64,000 nt of DNA from Anaerohalosphaeraceae bacterium (GTDB lineage: Bacteria > Planctomycetota > Phycisphaerae > Sedimentisphaerales > Anaerohalosphaeraceae): positions 40,417-104,416 of the forward strand of contig JBNRMN010000089.1 in the NCBI GenBank assembly GCA_050309605.1, written 5' to 3'. A program made the position numbers and the translations under genes. The notes under the pieces are model-generated. The model was given only the letters and a program-made list of their open reading frames with translations. It did not search any database and was not told where the DNA came from. Within the stretch, counting starts at the first letter, position 1, and each line of letters starts with the position of its first letter. This document shows positions 1-9,053 of the stretch, in pieces.

Positions 1-119
1 TTACCCAGTTTCTTCTTTTTATGCAGCGACATAATCAACTCTTCAATCGCGGCATTTCGATCGGTAGCCGCCAATTGGGGAACAATCGCATCAAAGCAAA
101 TGATGTCAGACAATTTCAT
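1..119 (-). CDS. PTS IIA (PtsN-like) protein, 5' part only (runs off window)
   Basis: Manual translation from ATG at 119: MKLSDIICFDAIVPQLAATDRNAAIEELIMSLHKKKKLG, a typical EIIA(Fru/Ntr) N-terminus, directly downstream of hpf as is common. Confidence 0.75.
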   Translation of the reverse strand, partial: MKLSDIICFDAIVPQLAATDRNAAIEELIMSLHKKKKLG

Positions 120-175
120 AGTTTCTCCTAAAGCGAACTGTCTCTCGACGACCTGCAATTTTCGGCGTTGCCGAC

Positions 176-538
176 TCAGGCCACGTCTTCTTCCTGAATC
201 TGCGTTTTTTCGGCCAGCCGTTCACGTTCAGCCGGCGCTGGGTGCTTGTTGTCGCGCTGTTTTTCTTTAAGTTTGCGAAGCTGACGCTCCATCTTGTGCA
301 TGGCCAAATCGATGCACGCATACAGGTCTTCTCCGCTTTCCCGGGCGACCACATCGTCGCGATGTTCCACGCTGGCAATGATTTCGACGCTCTGCATTAC
401 GCCTGTGCTCTTTTCCACAATCACTTCGACCTGGCTGACCGAATTAAAATAACGCGGCAGTTTGGCCGCTTTTTCCTCAATGTGAGCACGTATGGCGTCT
501 GTAACTTCAATGTGCTTACCCGTGATTGTAACAATCAT
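176..538 (-). CDS. hpf: Ribosome hibernation promoting factor / RaiA (sigma54 modulation protein family)
   Basis: ITGKHIEVTDAIRAHIEEK...DLYACIDLAMHKMERQLRKLKEK signature. Confidence 0.92.
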   Translation of the reverse strand: MIVTITGKHIEVTDAIRAHIEEKAAKLPRYFNSVSQVEVIVEKSTGVMQSVEIIASVEHRDDVVARESGEDLYACIDLAMHKMERQLRKLKEKQRDNKHPAPAERERLAEKTQIQEEDVA

Positions 539-560
539 AATTTCTTCCTGAAAAAAGTTA

Positions 561-1274
561 TTATTTACCAGACTTTACCTGTTTCTCCGCTTCAAAAGCC
601 ATCTGCTCGGTGGGGGTAATCACCCCCCCGCTGATCACAAAACGCAGCGCTTCTTCAATTGTATAATCCAGCTCAATAGTCTCGCTTTTGGGTGTCATAA
701 TAACATATCCCGTAAACGGCGTCGGCGAGGTCGGCACAAAAACCGTCAAAAACTCATCCTGGGCGGCCGAAACCACGCGCTTGATTCCGGTACCCGTCAC
801 CAAACCGATCGACCACGTGCCTTTACGCGGATACTCCAGCGCAACCACCTTGCTGAATGTTAAATCTTTTTTGGCCAGCAGAAAATCGGTTACCTGCTTG
901 ATATTCGGATACACACTGCGAATCAGAGGGATATTGGCCAGGCCGTTCTCAAAAAAACGCCACATCGTCCGACCCACCACACTGGCCAAAAATGCCCCAA
1001 TAAACACCACACCGATAACGGCGATGAAGAACCCCGTTATTTTCCCCGGCCCATCGACCCAAAACTCAACCAAAAACGCTTTGGAGTAATGGGGAGCCAA
1101 CCAAAGGATAACGTGCACCACGCCGCGGTTGATGTGAACACTGATTTTATCCTGAATAAAGATATAACATTGTACAAAAATCCAAATTGTCAGAATCGTC
1201 GGCAGTAACGCAGCCAAGCCGCGAAAAAAATAAGTTCGAAAATTGCGTAACGCTTCCATTGCCTTAAACGACAA
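561..1274 (-). CDS. DUF502 family membrane protein
   Basis: GLAALLPTILTIW, IPLIRSVY, VALEYPRKGTWSIGLVT and VFVPTSPTPFTGY motifs; start may be ATG 1259. Confidence 0.88.
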   Translation of the reverse strand: MSFKAMEALRNFRTYFFRGLAALLPTILTIWIFVQCYIFIQDKISVHINRGVVHVILWLAPHYSKAFLVEFWVDGPGKITGFFIAVIGVVFIGAFLASVVGRTMWRFFENGLANIPLIRSVYPNIKQVTDFLLAKKDLTFSKVVALEYPRKGTWSIGLVTGTGIKRVVSAAQDEFLTVFVPTSPTPFTGYVIMTPKSETIELDYTIEEALRFVISGGVITPTEQMAFEAEKQVKSGK

Positions 1275-1384
1275 TCCTTTCGGGCCGTATCCGACCGTTT
1301 TTGCCTGACGCCCGACTTATCTCAATAACACATCGTGCAAACGCTGCCGACCCATCTTTCGATTTTGTGCTGGTCATATCTACT

Positions 1385-1413
1385 AATCTATTGCATTGTG
1401 AGGGTTTCGTCAA
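1385..1413 (-). promoter_or_regulatory. sigma70-type promoter for DUF502-hpf-IIA
   Basis: Minus strand TTGACG-17 bp-TAGATT. Confidence 0.55.
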
Positions 1414-1453
1414 TACAAAATATTCTCTGCGCTGCACCTTGGCGGTATCGACA

Positions 1454-1490
1454 AAGACAACCCGACACCGTGCGGGGCGTCAGTTGTCTT
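1454..1490 (-). terminator. Long RNA hairpin, possible terminator of the upstream ECF cassette transcript
   Basis: AAGACAAC...GTTGTCTT inverted repeat; on the minus strand it extends by G-U pairs to about 15 bp; only a short U tract. Confidence 0.4.
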
Positions 1491-1858
1491 ATGTATTTCG
1501 TTCCTGCGGCATTGCCAATTAAGATATGCGACACAGAAGAATGGCGATTTTATGTTATTTAATGAAGGATTTGTCTGCAATAAAACAATAAAAATAAACA
1601 CCAAAGTGTGTCTTGTTTGGAATTTCCGCTGCGTGCGTCTCTGCCGAAAAGGTCAGCACAATCTCCCCCTGCGAGAATGGACGGTTTCATCCTCCAGTAC
1701 AAGGTATGCCGAGAATCCGCGTTAATGTCGCAAAATCAAAGATTAAAAATCAAAATGCAAAACTGCAAATCAACATTCAAAAAGAGCGATTTGCCGACGG
1801 CTAATCCACATCTGTACCGTAAACCGCCTTGAACTGCATCGCACGCCGCATCTGCGTA

Positions 1859-2689
1859 TCAGCCGCCCGGCACGTAGGAACGCTGCATAAATCGGATGTC
1901 GTCCCACGTTTCATTCGCCTTGGGAACCGTATTTCGAAGCGGATACAGCGACCCGTCGGGATTCCCTTCTGCATTTTCAATCGTCGATTGGTCTATCCAG
2001 TTATGCATTTCGGCATGGCCGTCGGCAAATCCGAGCGTGCCGCGATCCTTGTGCCAAATGGCGATGGGATCAAACCATTGAGGAGAACTGTAATCCATAA
2101 TCCATGACCCAATCGCCCAGCCGCGACTGTCCATATTTTCCAAAAAGACAACCTTATTGCCCGCTGCCTTGATTTCACTCATCTTTTTAATCGGCTGCTG
2201 ATTGCCTACGCGCTCACCGTTCATCAGGCCGGTAACCGAATAGCTGTTCAGCCAGGCGCCATTGGGGCTGATGTGTGAGAACCGTGTTGTACTCCTGTCC
2301 CCCGGACATTTATAGACATCCACCGCATTGACATAGGGAAACAGCGCCCCTCGCTCAATGCCAATCCGCTCATATTCAGCCGTAACAACCGTCGCACCGC
2401 CGCGATAATCTCGGGCTTCATTCTGCGGCGGCTCTATCCAGTAATTAACACTCTTGTCCCAGCGATCAATAGTTGGTACATCACCGCAAACAATTTCCTG
2501 GTCATTCTCCATCGCATACGTGTGCCACGCAATCGTAATCTGCCGGATATTAGACAGACATACCGCACCGGTGGCTTGTTGTTTGACCCGTTTGAGGGCG
2601 GGAACAATAATGGACAGCAACAGTGCGATAATTGCAACAACCACGAGCAATTCAATCAGTGTGAATGCGTTTTTTTGCCTGGTTTTCAT
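1859..2689 (-). CDS. Prepilin-type N-methylation domain protein with C-terminal H-X9-DG motif (DUF1559-like)
   Basis: N-term AFTLIELLVVVAIIALLLSIIVPAL...CLSNIRQI; YKCPGD; C-term HKDRGTLGFADGH = H-X9-DG. Confidence 0.93.
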   Translation of the reverse strand: MKTRQKNAFTLIELLVVVAIIALLLSIIVPALKRVKQQATGAVCLSNIRQITIAWHTYAMENDQEIVCGDVPTIDRWDKSVNYWIEPPQNEARDYRGGATVVTAEYERIGIERGALFPYVNAVDVYKCPGDRSTTRFSHISPNGAWLNSYSVTGLMNGERVGNQQPIKKMSEIKAAGNKVVFLENMDSRGWAIGSWIMDYSSPQWFDPIAIWHKDRGTLGFADGHAEMHNWIDQSTIENAEGNPDGSLYPLRNTVPKANETWDDIRFMQRSYVPGG

Positions 2690-2902
2690 TTATGACTCCT
2701 CTTTTACCGGATTGCAACCAAAGGTTGGATTTTCTGAAATTTATTATATTGTCCCACACGACACCGCCTGTGTCCATAGGAAAGACGTATCAATTATAGG
2801 ACAATTGTAACTTTTTATCTATCATAATCGGGGGTTATCGTCAATTTTTTTGAAAAATAATTACAGTCATGCCCTGTTCATTTATTACCAAATCAACACA
2901 CG

Positions 2903-5900
2903 CTATCCGCCTTCCAAAATAAATCCTTCCAGAACAACATTATCAAAGCGATTATTTCCGGAGATTTCGGAGGCATTGGTGCCGGTAAAGACAGTGCGTA
3001 TCTCAAAATCCGGATTATTGTTGACCCCCGACAAATCGGACAAATCAAAGGTGTAATGCTGATAGGTCTCGGTGATCGTCAATTCATCTCCAAGCGGCTG
3101 CCAACTATCCATCGGGCCGGTGCGGTATTCGACGCGCTGGTACTCAGCGCCGTTTGAAGTGCGTCTGGCCGCATAGCTGAACTGCACCCGTTCGTATCCC
3201 GTGGTCGGCACTGAAAATACAAGTTGTCGGGTATGCGAAGGATTCCGCACCCGCAGGCCGTTGCCCGCATCCAGCCCCATTTGCACATTGATCGTCGAAC
3301 CGTCGGTTGTATCCATATAGCCATCACCATAGCCGGGATATGTGATCAGCGCCCCGGCCGCAAGCGAATAATCCGCCGGGACGAACGAGAGATGGCCGTC
3401 TGTGTCATTAAAATGCCAGTAGTGCACGATACGGGCAATCGATTCGTCAGGCGCCTGTCCGGGCGACGGCACGACGGCCTGCCAATTGGCCGCATCGCTG
3501 CCGTAGCGTCTGTTATCGCACCGACCCAGTGCCATCCCCCCGCCGTTGGCCTGAAAAGGCCACGGATCCTGTCCGACGGGATTCAGGCCGTTGCTGTAAG
3601 CGACCCGGTCAATGAGCATATAACGGCGTTGCCCGTCGTCGTCCTGTCCGGGTCTGAGCAGGTCGATTGACTCGCCGGCATTGTTCAGCCGTCCGTCGTA
3701 TGGCCCAAAGATCAGGTCCGTCGGCACGTCAGGGTAACGACTCTTAAAGGCGTCGATATTCCGCACCACCACAATCACCCCGCCGGGCGGGATAACGCTG
3801 CCGCTCGGAAATTCAAATTCCACCGCATCGCTTAATTTCCAACCGAAAGAAGCCTCCTGTTCGGCGTCGTATTCATCCAGTGCCACCGGATAACCGGCGA
3901 TATTGCACAGTTGGACGTATTCATACTCTTCTTTGTCGTATGCGCCGCCGGACGGCGGATGATACATCACTTCCCGAATCACGACCGGCCCGACAGCCGG
4001 CTCAGCGTTCGGCCCGCCCGGCGTTGTCTCGCTTAACGTCGTAAAATCCCAATGGGGGATATTATGATTATATCTGCCAAACGACCGCCCCGGCTGCGAA
4101 ACGCCGAAGGACTGTTCAGTATAATAATGACCGGTGATTTGACCGTCCTGACCGGAAAACAGATACACCGTTTCGCCGAATCGGCTCAGTCCGAATGCCT
4201 TAAGCGTTCCTTCCGCCTCCGGATTTCCGAACGTACTGTCTTCCTCAAAGACCAGATACCCGCCGGCCGGCAGTACCACCGTTGGCGGAATCTGATAGTA
4301 ACGCCGCCGGTCATCGTCCGTATTGCGGTCGCTCAGGAACCAGCCGCCCAGCGGAATCGGTTCACTGGTGGTATTGAATAATTCGACCCAATCAGACCGT
4401 CCGGGATCGTAAGCCAGAATCTCGTTGATGAGGATGCTGCCCGGCGCAATGCCCCACCCCGGATCGTCCAGCCCCGGCGAACCTTCGCGGGAGGAACTTG
4501 CGCGCCAGCCCAGTTTGTCGTTCCAGCATGTTAGCGGCGAGCCGGGCGGGTCGTGCTTGGTCAGCGAAAACCCCTGGCCGTCAGTCAGCGGATACCAATC
4601 GTCATCGTATTCAAACCGGTGAATCACATTGCCCTCGGCATCCCAAAGAATCAGCTCTTCGCCGCTGTTGGACAATTGCCCGTCGTAGCCGCCGAGCACC
4701 GCGACACCCTGCGGAACCGTAAAGCGAGATGCGAACGCCTGCGGGGCTTTGGCCAATATCATATATTCGCCCGGCGACAGCGATACGCCGTCCGGGAACG
4801 TATAGTAAATTCCCTCGGCAAACACAACCCCTCCCAGCGGCAGCGGCTCATCGCCTGTGTTGAGCAATTCCACGTACTCATAATCCTGTGTCTCAAAGTC
4901 CGTCGCTTCGACCGGCGACGGATTATACATCAGCTCCGTAATCCGCAGATAGCGCTGGGCGTTGCTCGGATTGCCGTCAAACGCCTTGACAGCGACCGCC
5001 CGATGCTGCGCATCATACAGCGTCAGCGTACCGCCCCACCGCGACAATCGCCCCGCATAATTGCCCTGCACAAACCGATATTCACCGCCGCGCGGCGATT
5101 GGGCGCGATGGCGAAACGCAATGGCATGGGGTGTCAGATACAGCGCATCGCCCGCCGGGATCACCGTCCCGCCGGCGAACGTATGTTCAATACCCCCGCC
5201 GTTCAACATCCAGCCGCTGATGTCGGCGGCAAAGGCATTGGGATTGACAATCTCAATATAATCTTCATCCCGATTGCCGCCGCCTAAGTTTGTTTCGACA
5301 GCTCCGATTTCTATGGTCAACTGTTCCGGCTGGGCGTCGGGAATGCCCGCCGGATCGTCCGGCCACGACGACCCTTCGGCATGATTAACGTATAAATGTG
5401 TTCGTCGTATCGGCAAATACTGCGTTTTGATCGCCTCAACCGCCTGCCAATACGCCGGCGTGTCAAGCGCCTCGGCGACCCATTCGGCCAGCTCATCAAT
5501 GCGGCGTTCGTAACGCAATTGCGCTGACGGCGTATCCGGCGGCTGAAGGCGCGTGTCCATCAAGGTACGCAGACGCCGCAGATACATCTGCCGCGCCTTC
5601 GGGTCGGCGAACACCGCATCAAACAGACGATTCCATTGATAATCAATCTTTTGATGAGACTGACTGCCGTAAAACGGATGGCTGGGCGAACGTAACGGGT
5701 CATCCGGCCAGTCCTGATCGGCGATCACGCCGTCAATCCCGTGATTGAGGCCGAACGTCAGATCCTTATCCCACGGAATAAACATCCATTCGCCGGTGCG
5801 GTTGGTATCGCGATAAAAATAGTAGTTTTTGTGGGTGTGGTCGTTTTCGTGGATGAGCACCGAAGCGGCTAAATAACTGATGACCGCCGGCAGATTGACG

Positions 5901-8900
5901 TGATCAAACAGAAAAACGCCGCGGTCGGGATGATCCGGTGCAATACCGGCTGCAAAAGCTTTCAAATCACTGTTATCTTCATCCAGACGTGTGAGCTTCC
6001 GTTCAATCTGTTCACCGGCAAGGCTGGGGTTTAAGTCCGTGTACATCTTGTAATACGCCCCGTTATCGTCCAGACCCGCCCGCCGCAGAAAATGCCGATC
6101 AGGCTGTTCGACCAACAGCCGCACCATCGGCTCGCTGTTATTGCGAATCACACGCAGCGGGAAGGCAATGCTGCTCGGCACGCCCGCTTCGGCATACGTC
6201 TCAAACGACAGCGGCGGACGAATAAACGTCATATCCGCCCCTTGGCCGTTCAGGTTGATTTCATCGACGCGGTCAAACCGCGGATGAAATCGGAATTTTT
6301 CACCGTCGTTAAAATCGATCTTTCGGCTGCCGGTGCTTGCGGCATAATAACCGCCGCGCAAACGGATGAACACATTATCATAAAACTCATCCATAAAAAA
6401 GACCGAACAGCGGGTCCCGTTTTCGGTGGCTTCGGCGGCGGTATCCTGTACAAAATAATACAGCGTCTGCAAAGGCGACTGTACAGACGGATCACGAACG
6501 ATCGTCCCGAAATAGCGAGGCGAATTGTCGGCAAGCATAAAAGCCGGCTTTCGCGTCTCGATCCCCTGTGTATCCCGGGCGCGCACAAACCAGCGTACCA
6601 TCTGGCCGGTCTGGTAAGCCGAGGCGGGAATCACCGCGGTGTATAGTCCGTCATCGGAAACCACATCGGCCCCTTGTCCGTCATCGCTCATCGGCACGGT
6701 AATCTCCTGACCGAATCCGATGCGATAGGTCATCTCAACCCGGTCAATCGGCCGGCCGGCAGATTCAACAGCAGCGGTAATGACCAAATCTTCGCTCTCC
6801 GACGGCGGCGCGGGATTGCGTGTGACATCACGAACCAGCGGCCCCAGGGTCATTTGTCCGCTCGAATTTCGTGTACCGGGAGTCGGGTCATGAAAATAGG
6901 CCTCCATCGAAGAGGCGACCGCAGCCGCTTGTGCGCGCCGGGCTGTCAACCGCGGCAGGATCAGCAAATCCGAGCTGTACGCCCCGCGATTCAGGCCGTG
7001 TATCGACAAGACATTAGACCCGTTTCGCAATGACTCGACCGCCTCCGGCGATACCGCAAAAGATTCGTACCGGTCGGCGTCCTGCGAGCGCATCGCCTGG
7101 CTGTTCCACGTTACCACCGGCGGCGCATTGGCAGAAGCCGCAAACACGCCGTTCAGATAGGCGACGAATCCGTCATCGTACATCATCCACAGCGCCACTT
7201 CTTCAAGATCGCTCGGATCATCCACCTCAAACGGCACGCGAATATAGACCGAGGTGTTCACGCCGTACATAGCGCCGACATCCAGCCCGATCCAGGGTTC
7301 GTATCCGGTTTGCCGTTCATACCCCACGCCCGTCGTGCCCGTCAGCCAGCCGACCGGCTCAAAATCAACCGCCGTCCAGGTCAGCCCCAGACTGTCATCC
7401 GCGGGGATTTTGGCATACGCCGCGGCCTGCGCCGAAAGCAGGTCCACTGTGAGCGCAGCACGTCCTTCCGGAGCGGCCAGACCATACGACACCGCTCCGT
7501 ATTGCGTCGGATACGCATACTTATGAACAATGGTTTGACCGTCCGGCGCAACCAGCGCCAGGTAATCCGGATCGCTGGTGAGGCTGAAGTTGGTATGATA
7601 CGGCTCGCCGGGCGTTCGGCGATTCTTGCCGGAGGCGAATAGGACCGCAAAGCCCTGCGGCTCCAGCACCAGCGGCGGTATCCGCCAGCGCGTCGGATTG
7701 TCCGGCTTGTCGGTTAAATACCATCCGTCCAGATCGACCGCCTGGCCGGTCGGGTTGCATAATTCAATCCAGTCCGATGAATCGCCGTCTTCGTCCACGA
7801 TCTCGTTATCGGCAAGCGGAGGCTTGGCCCGATTGACCGCCAGAAATTCACTGATGACCGCCGACGGCCCGGCACGGCGCCAGTGTTCCGCCAGCAGTGC
7901 AAAATCCGTCAGATTAACGCCGTCTTGCCGCCCGCCGGCATTTGGCAAATCACCCGACGGCCAATCCACCTGAAGCCAGTACTCAGCCAGCAGCGCCAAA
8001 TCTTCACTATCGACACGGCAATCCTGATTCAGATCCCCCGTCGGGCACAGCGATTCGGATACAGAGACCCGCAGGGTATCGCTGACCGAATGATGCGTCG
8101 TCGAAGCGGTCAGCGACAGCACATAAACACCGGTCGTCGCAGGAAAAACTACGCGGGGATCAGCCACAAAACGACTCGGCGAAAAGATCACGTCCTCCTC
8201 GGATACTCCCTCAGGAGCCGACTGAAGCGCCCACTGAAGCGCTAAAGTTTCCTCTTGCCCGAAAACCGTCGCCCGACCGGCCAACTGCACCTGATTAAAA
8301 GGCAGCACGATCACCTGATCCGCACCGGCACTGACCTCCGGCGGCCATCCCCCTTCGGGCACTCCGAGCAATTCCACCTCGGCAATTTGCATACTGTTGG
8401 CCGCGGCGGGATTTCTAACCGCTGTAAACAGTAATTGATAATGCGAATATGGCGTTGTATTCGAGAAGAAAATGGGCGTCGCATTGGGCGTATAACGCGG
8501 CCAGGGCGTCGTTTGATTGAAATCGGCAATCTGGCCGGAGACGATCAGCACGTAAGGCCCGTTGATGCCGTCGTTGGAACCGTACAATTCAAACGCGACC
8601 GGATCGCGGTCCGGGTGGTCATTGGCCGTCGTGAAGCTCAGTCCGACCACCGGCGTTAGCGAAACACTCGGCGCGACGCGAAAGCCGGACGACTGCCCGC
8701 CTCCGTCAAAGTGCAGGTATTTGGTGTTGACGTCGTCATCGATGGCATTGGGCGGGCTTTCCTTTGACGGCCAGTTTCCGTTGTTCGGAACGCCGACAAC
8801 CGGATCACCCGGCCGGGTTATATCCGCCGATGACGCTGTTGCAAAACCCGTCAGCAAAAGAACACAAACACATCCTATCGACACCACCGCACCTCGGCTG

Positions 8901-8929
8901 AAACTCGAATGTCCGCTGTCTTGCAGCAT
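2903..8929 (-). CDS. Large secreted multidomain protein: discoidin/CBM32-like, PKD-like, dockerin-like, several lamin-tail domains, choice-of-anchor X, CotH kinase-like
   Basis: Signal peptide; GDLNQDCRVD dockerin-like; repeated ISE/INE/ITELMY...DWIEL.N lamin-tail motifs; MSDDGQGADVVSDDGLYT; CotH motifs ENDHTHKNYYFY and IPWDKDLTFG. Confidence 0.85.
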   Translation of the reverse strand: MLQDSGHSSFSRGAVVSIGCVCVLLLTGFATASSADITRPGDPVVGVPNNGNWPSKESPPNAIDDDVNTKYLHFDGGGQSSGFRVAPSVSLTPVVGLSFTTANDHPDRDPVAFELYGSNDGINGPYVLIVSGQIADFNQTTPWPRYTPNATPIFFSNTTPYSHYQLLFTAVRNPAAANSMQIAEVELLGVPEGGWPPEVSAGADQVIVLPFNQVQLAGRATVFGQEETLALQWALQSAPEGVSEEDVIFSPSRFVADPRVVFPATTGVYVLSLTASTTHHSVSDTLRVSVSESLCPTGDLNQDCRVDSEDLALLAEYWLQVDWPSGDLPNAGGRQDGVNLTDFALLAEHWRRAGPSAVISEFLAVNRAKPPLADNEIVDEDGDSSDWIELCNPTGQAVDLDGWYLTDKPDNPTRWRIPPLVLEPQGFAVLFASGKNRRTPGEPYHTNFSLTSDPDYLALVAPDGQTIVHKYAYPTQYGAVSYGLAAPEGRAALTVDLLSAQAAAYAKIPADDSLGLTWTAVDFEPVGWLTGTTGVGYERQTGYEPWIGLDVGAMYGVNTSVYIRVPFEVDDPSDLEEVALWMMYDDGFVAYLNGVFAASANAPPVVTWNSQAMRSQDADRYESFAVSPEAVESLRNGSNVLSIHGLNRGAYSSDLLILPRLTARRAQAAAVASSMEAYFHDPTPGTRNSSGQMTLGPLVRDVTRNPAPPSESEDLVITAAVESAGRPIDRVEMTYRIGFGQEITVPMSDDGQGADVVSDDGLYTAVIPASAYQTGQMVRWFVRARDTQGIETRKPAFMLADNSPRYFGTIVRDPSVQSPLQTLYYFVQDTAAEATENGTRCSVFFMDEFYDNVFIRLRGGYYAASTGSRKIDFNDGEKFRFHPRFDRVDEINLNGQGADMTFIRPPLSFETYAEAGVPSSIAFPLRVIRNNSEPMVRLLVEQPDRHFLRRAGLDDNGAYYKMYTDLNPSLAGEQIERKLTRLDEDNSDLKAFAAGIAPDHPDRGVFLFDHVNLPAVISYLAASVLIHENDHTHKNYYFYRDTNRTGEWMFIPWDKDLTFGLNHGIDGVIADQDWPDDPLRSPSHPFYGSQSHQKIDYQWNRLFDAVFADPKARQMYLRRLRTLMDTRLQPPDTPSAQLRYERRIDELAEWVAEALDTPAYWQAVEAIKTQYLPIRRTHLYVNHAEGSSWPDDPAGIPDAQPEQLTIEIGAVETNLGGGNRDEDYIEIVNPNAFAADISGWMLNGGGIEHTFAGGTVIPAGDALYLTPHAIAFRHRAQSPRGGEYRFVQGNYAGRLSRWGGTLTLYDAQHRAVAVKAFDGNPSNAQRYLRITELMYNPSPVEATDFETQDYEYVELLNTGDEPLPLGGVVFAEGIYYTFPDGVSLSPGEYMILAKAPQAFASRFTVPQGVAVLGGYDGQLSNSGEELILWDAEGNVIHRFEYDDDWYPLTDGQGFSLTKHDPPGSPLTCWNDKLGWRASSSREGSPGLDDPGWGIAPGSILINEILAYDPGRSDWVELFNTTSEPIPLGGWFLSDRNTDDDRRRYYQIPPTVVLPAGGYLVFEEDSTFGNPEAEGTLKAFGLSRFGETVYLFSGQDGQITGHYYTEQSFGVSQPGRSFGRYNHNIPHWDFTTLSETTPGGPNAEPAVGPVVIREVMYHPPSGGAYDKEEYEYVQLCNIAGYPVALDEYDAEQEASFGWKLSDAVEFEFPSGSVIPPGGVIVVVRNIDAFKSRYPDVPTDLIFGPYDGRLNNAGESIDLLRPGQDDDGQRRYMLIDRVAYSNGLNPVGQDPWPFQANGGGMALGRCDNRRYGSDAANWQAVVPSPGQAPDESIARIVHYWHFNDTDGHLSFVPADYSLAAGALITYPGYGDGYMDTTDGSTINVQMGLDAGNGLRVRNPSHTRQLVFSVPTTGYERVQFSYAARRTSNGAEYQRVEYRTGPMDSWQPLGDELTITETYQHYTFDLSDLSGVNNNPDFEIRTVFTGTNASEISGNNRFDNVVLEGFILEGG

Positions 8930-8971
8930 CCCCCATTGCCTTTCTCAATCGCATTGCCAATCGCCGTACAG

Positions 8972-9010
8972 AAAAAACGGACTGCGCCGCGGTTCCGACA
9001 CAGTCCGTTT
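8972..9010 (-). terminator. Intra-cluster stem-loop / intrinsic terminator
   Basis: AAACGGACTG (8975-8984) / CAGTCCGTTT (9001-9010) with a T run on the minus strand, just after the 9054 stop. Confidence 0.6.
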
Positions 9011-9053
9011 CTTTCTCACATAATCACCTACATCATTTTACATCTTCAGATCG

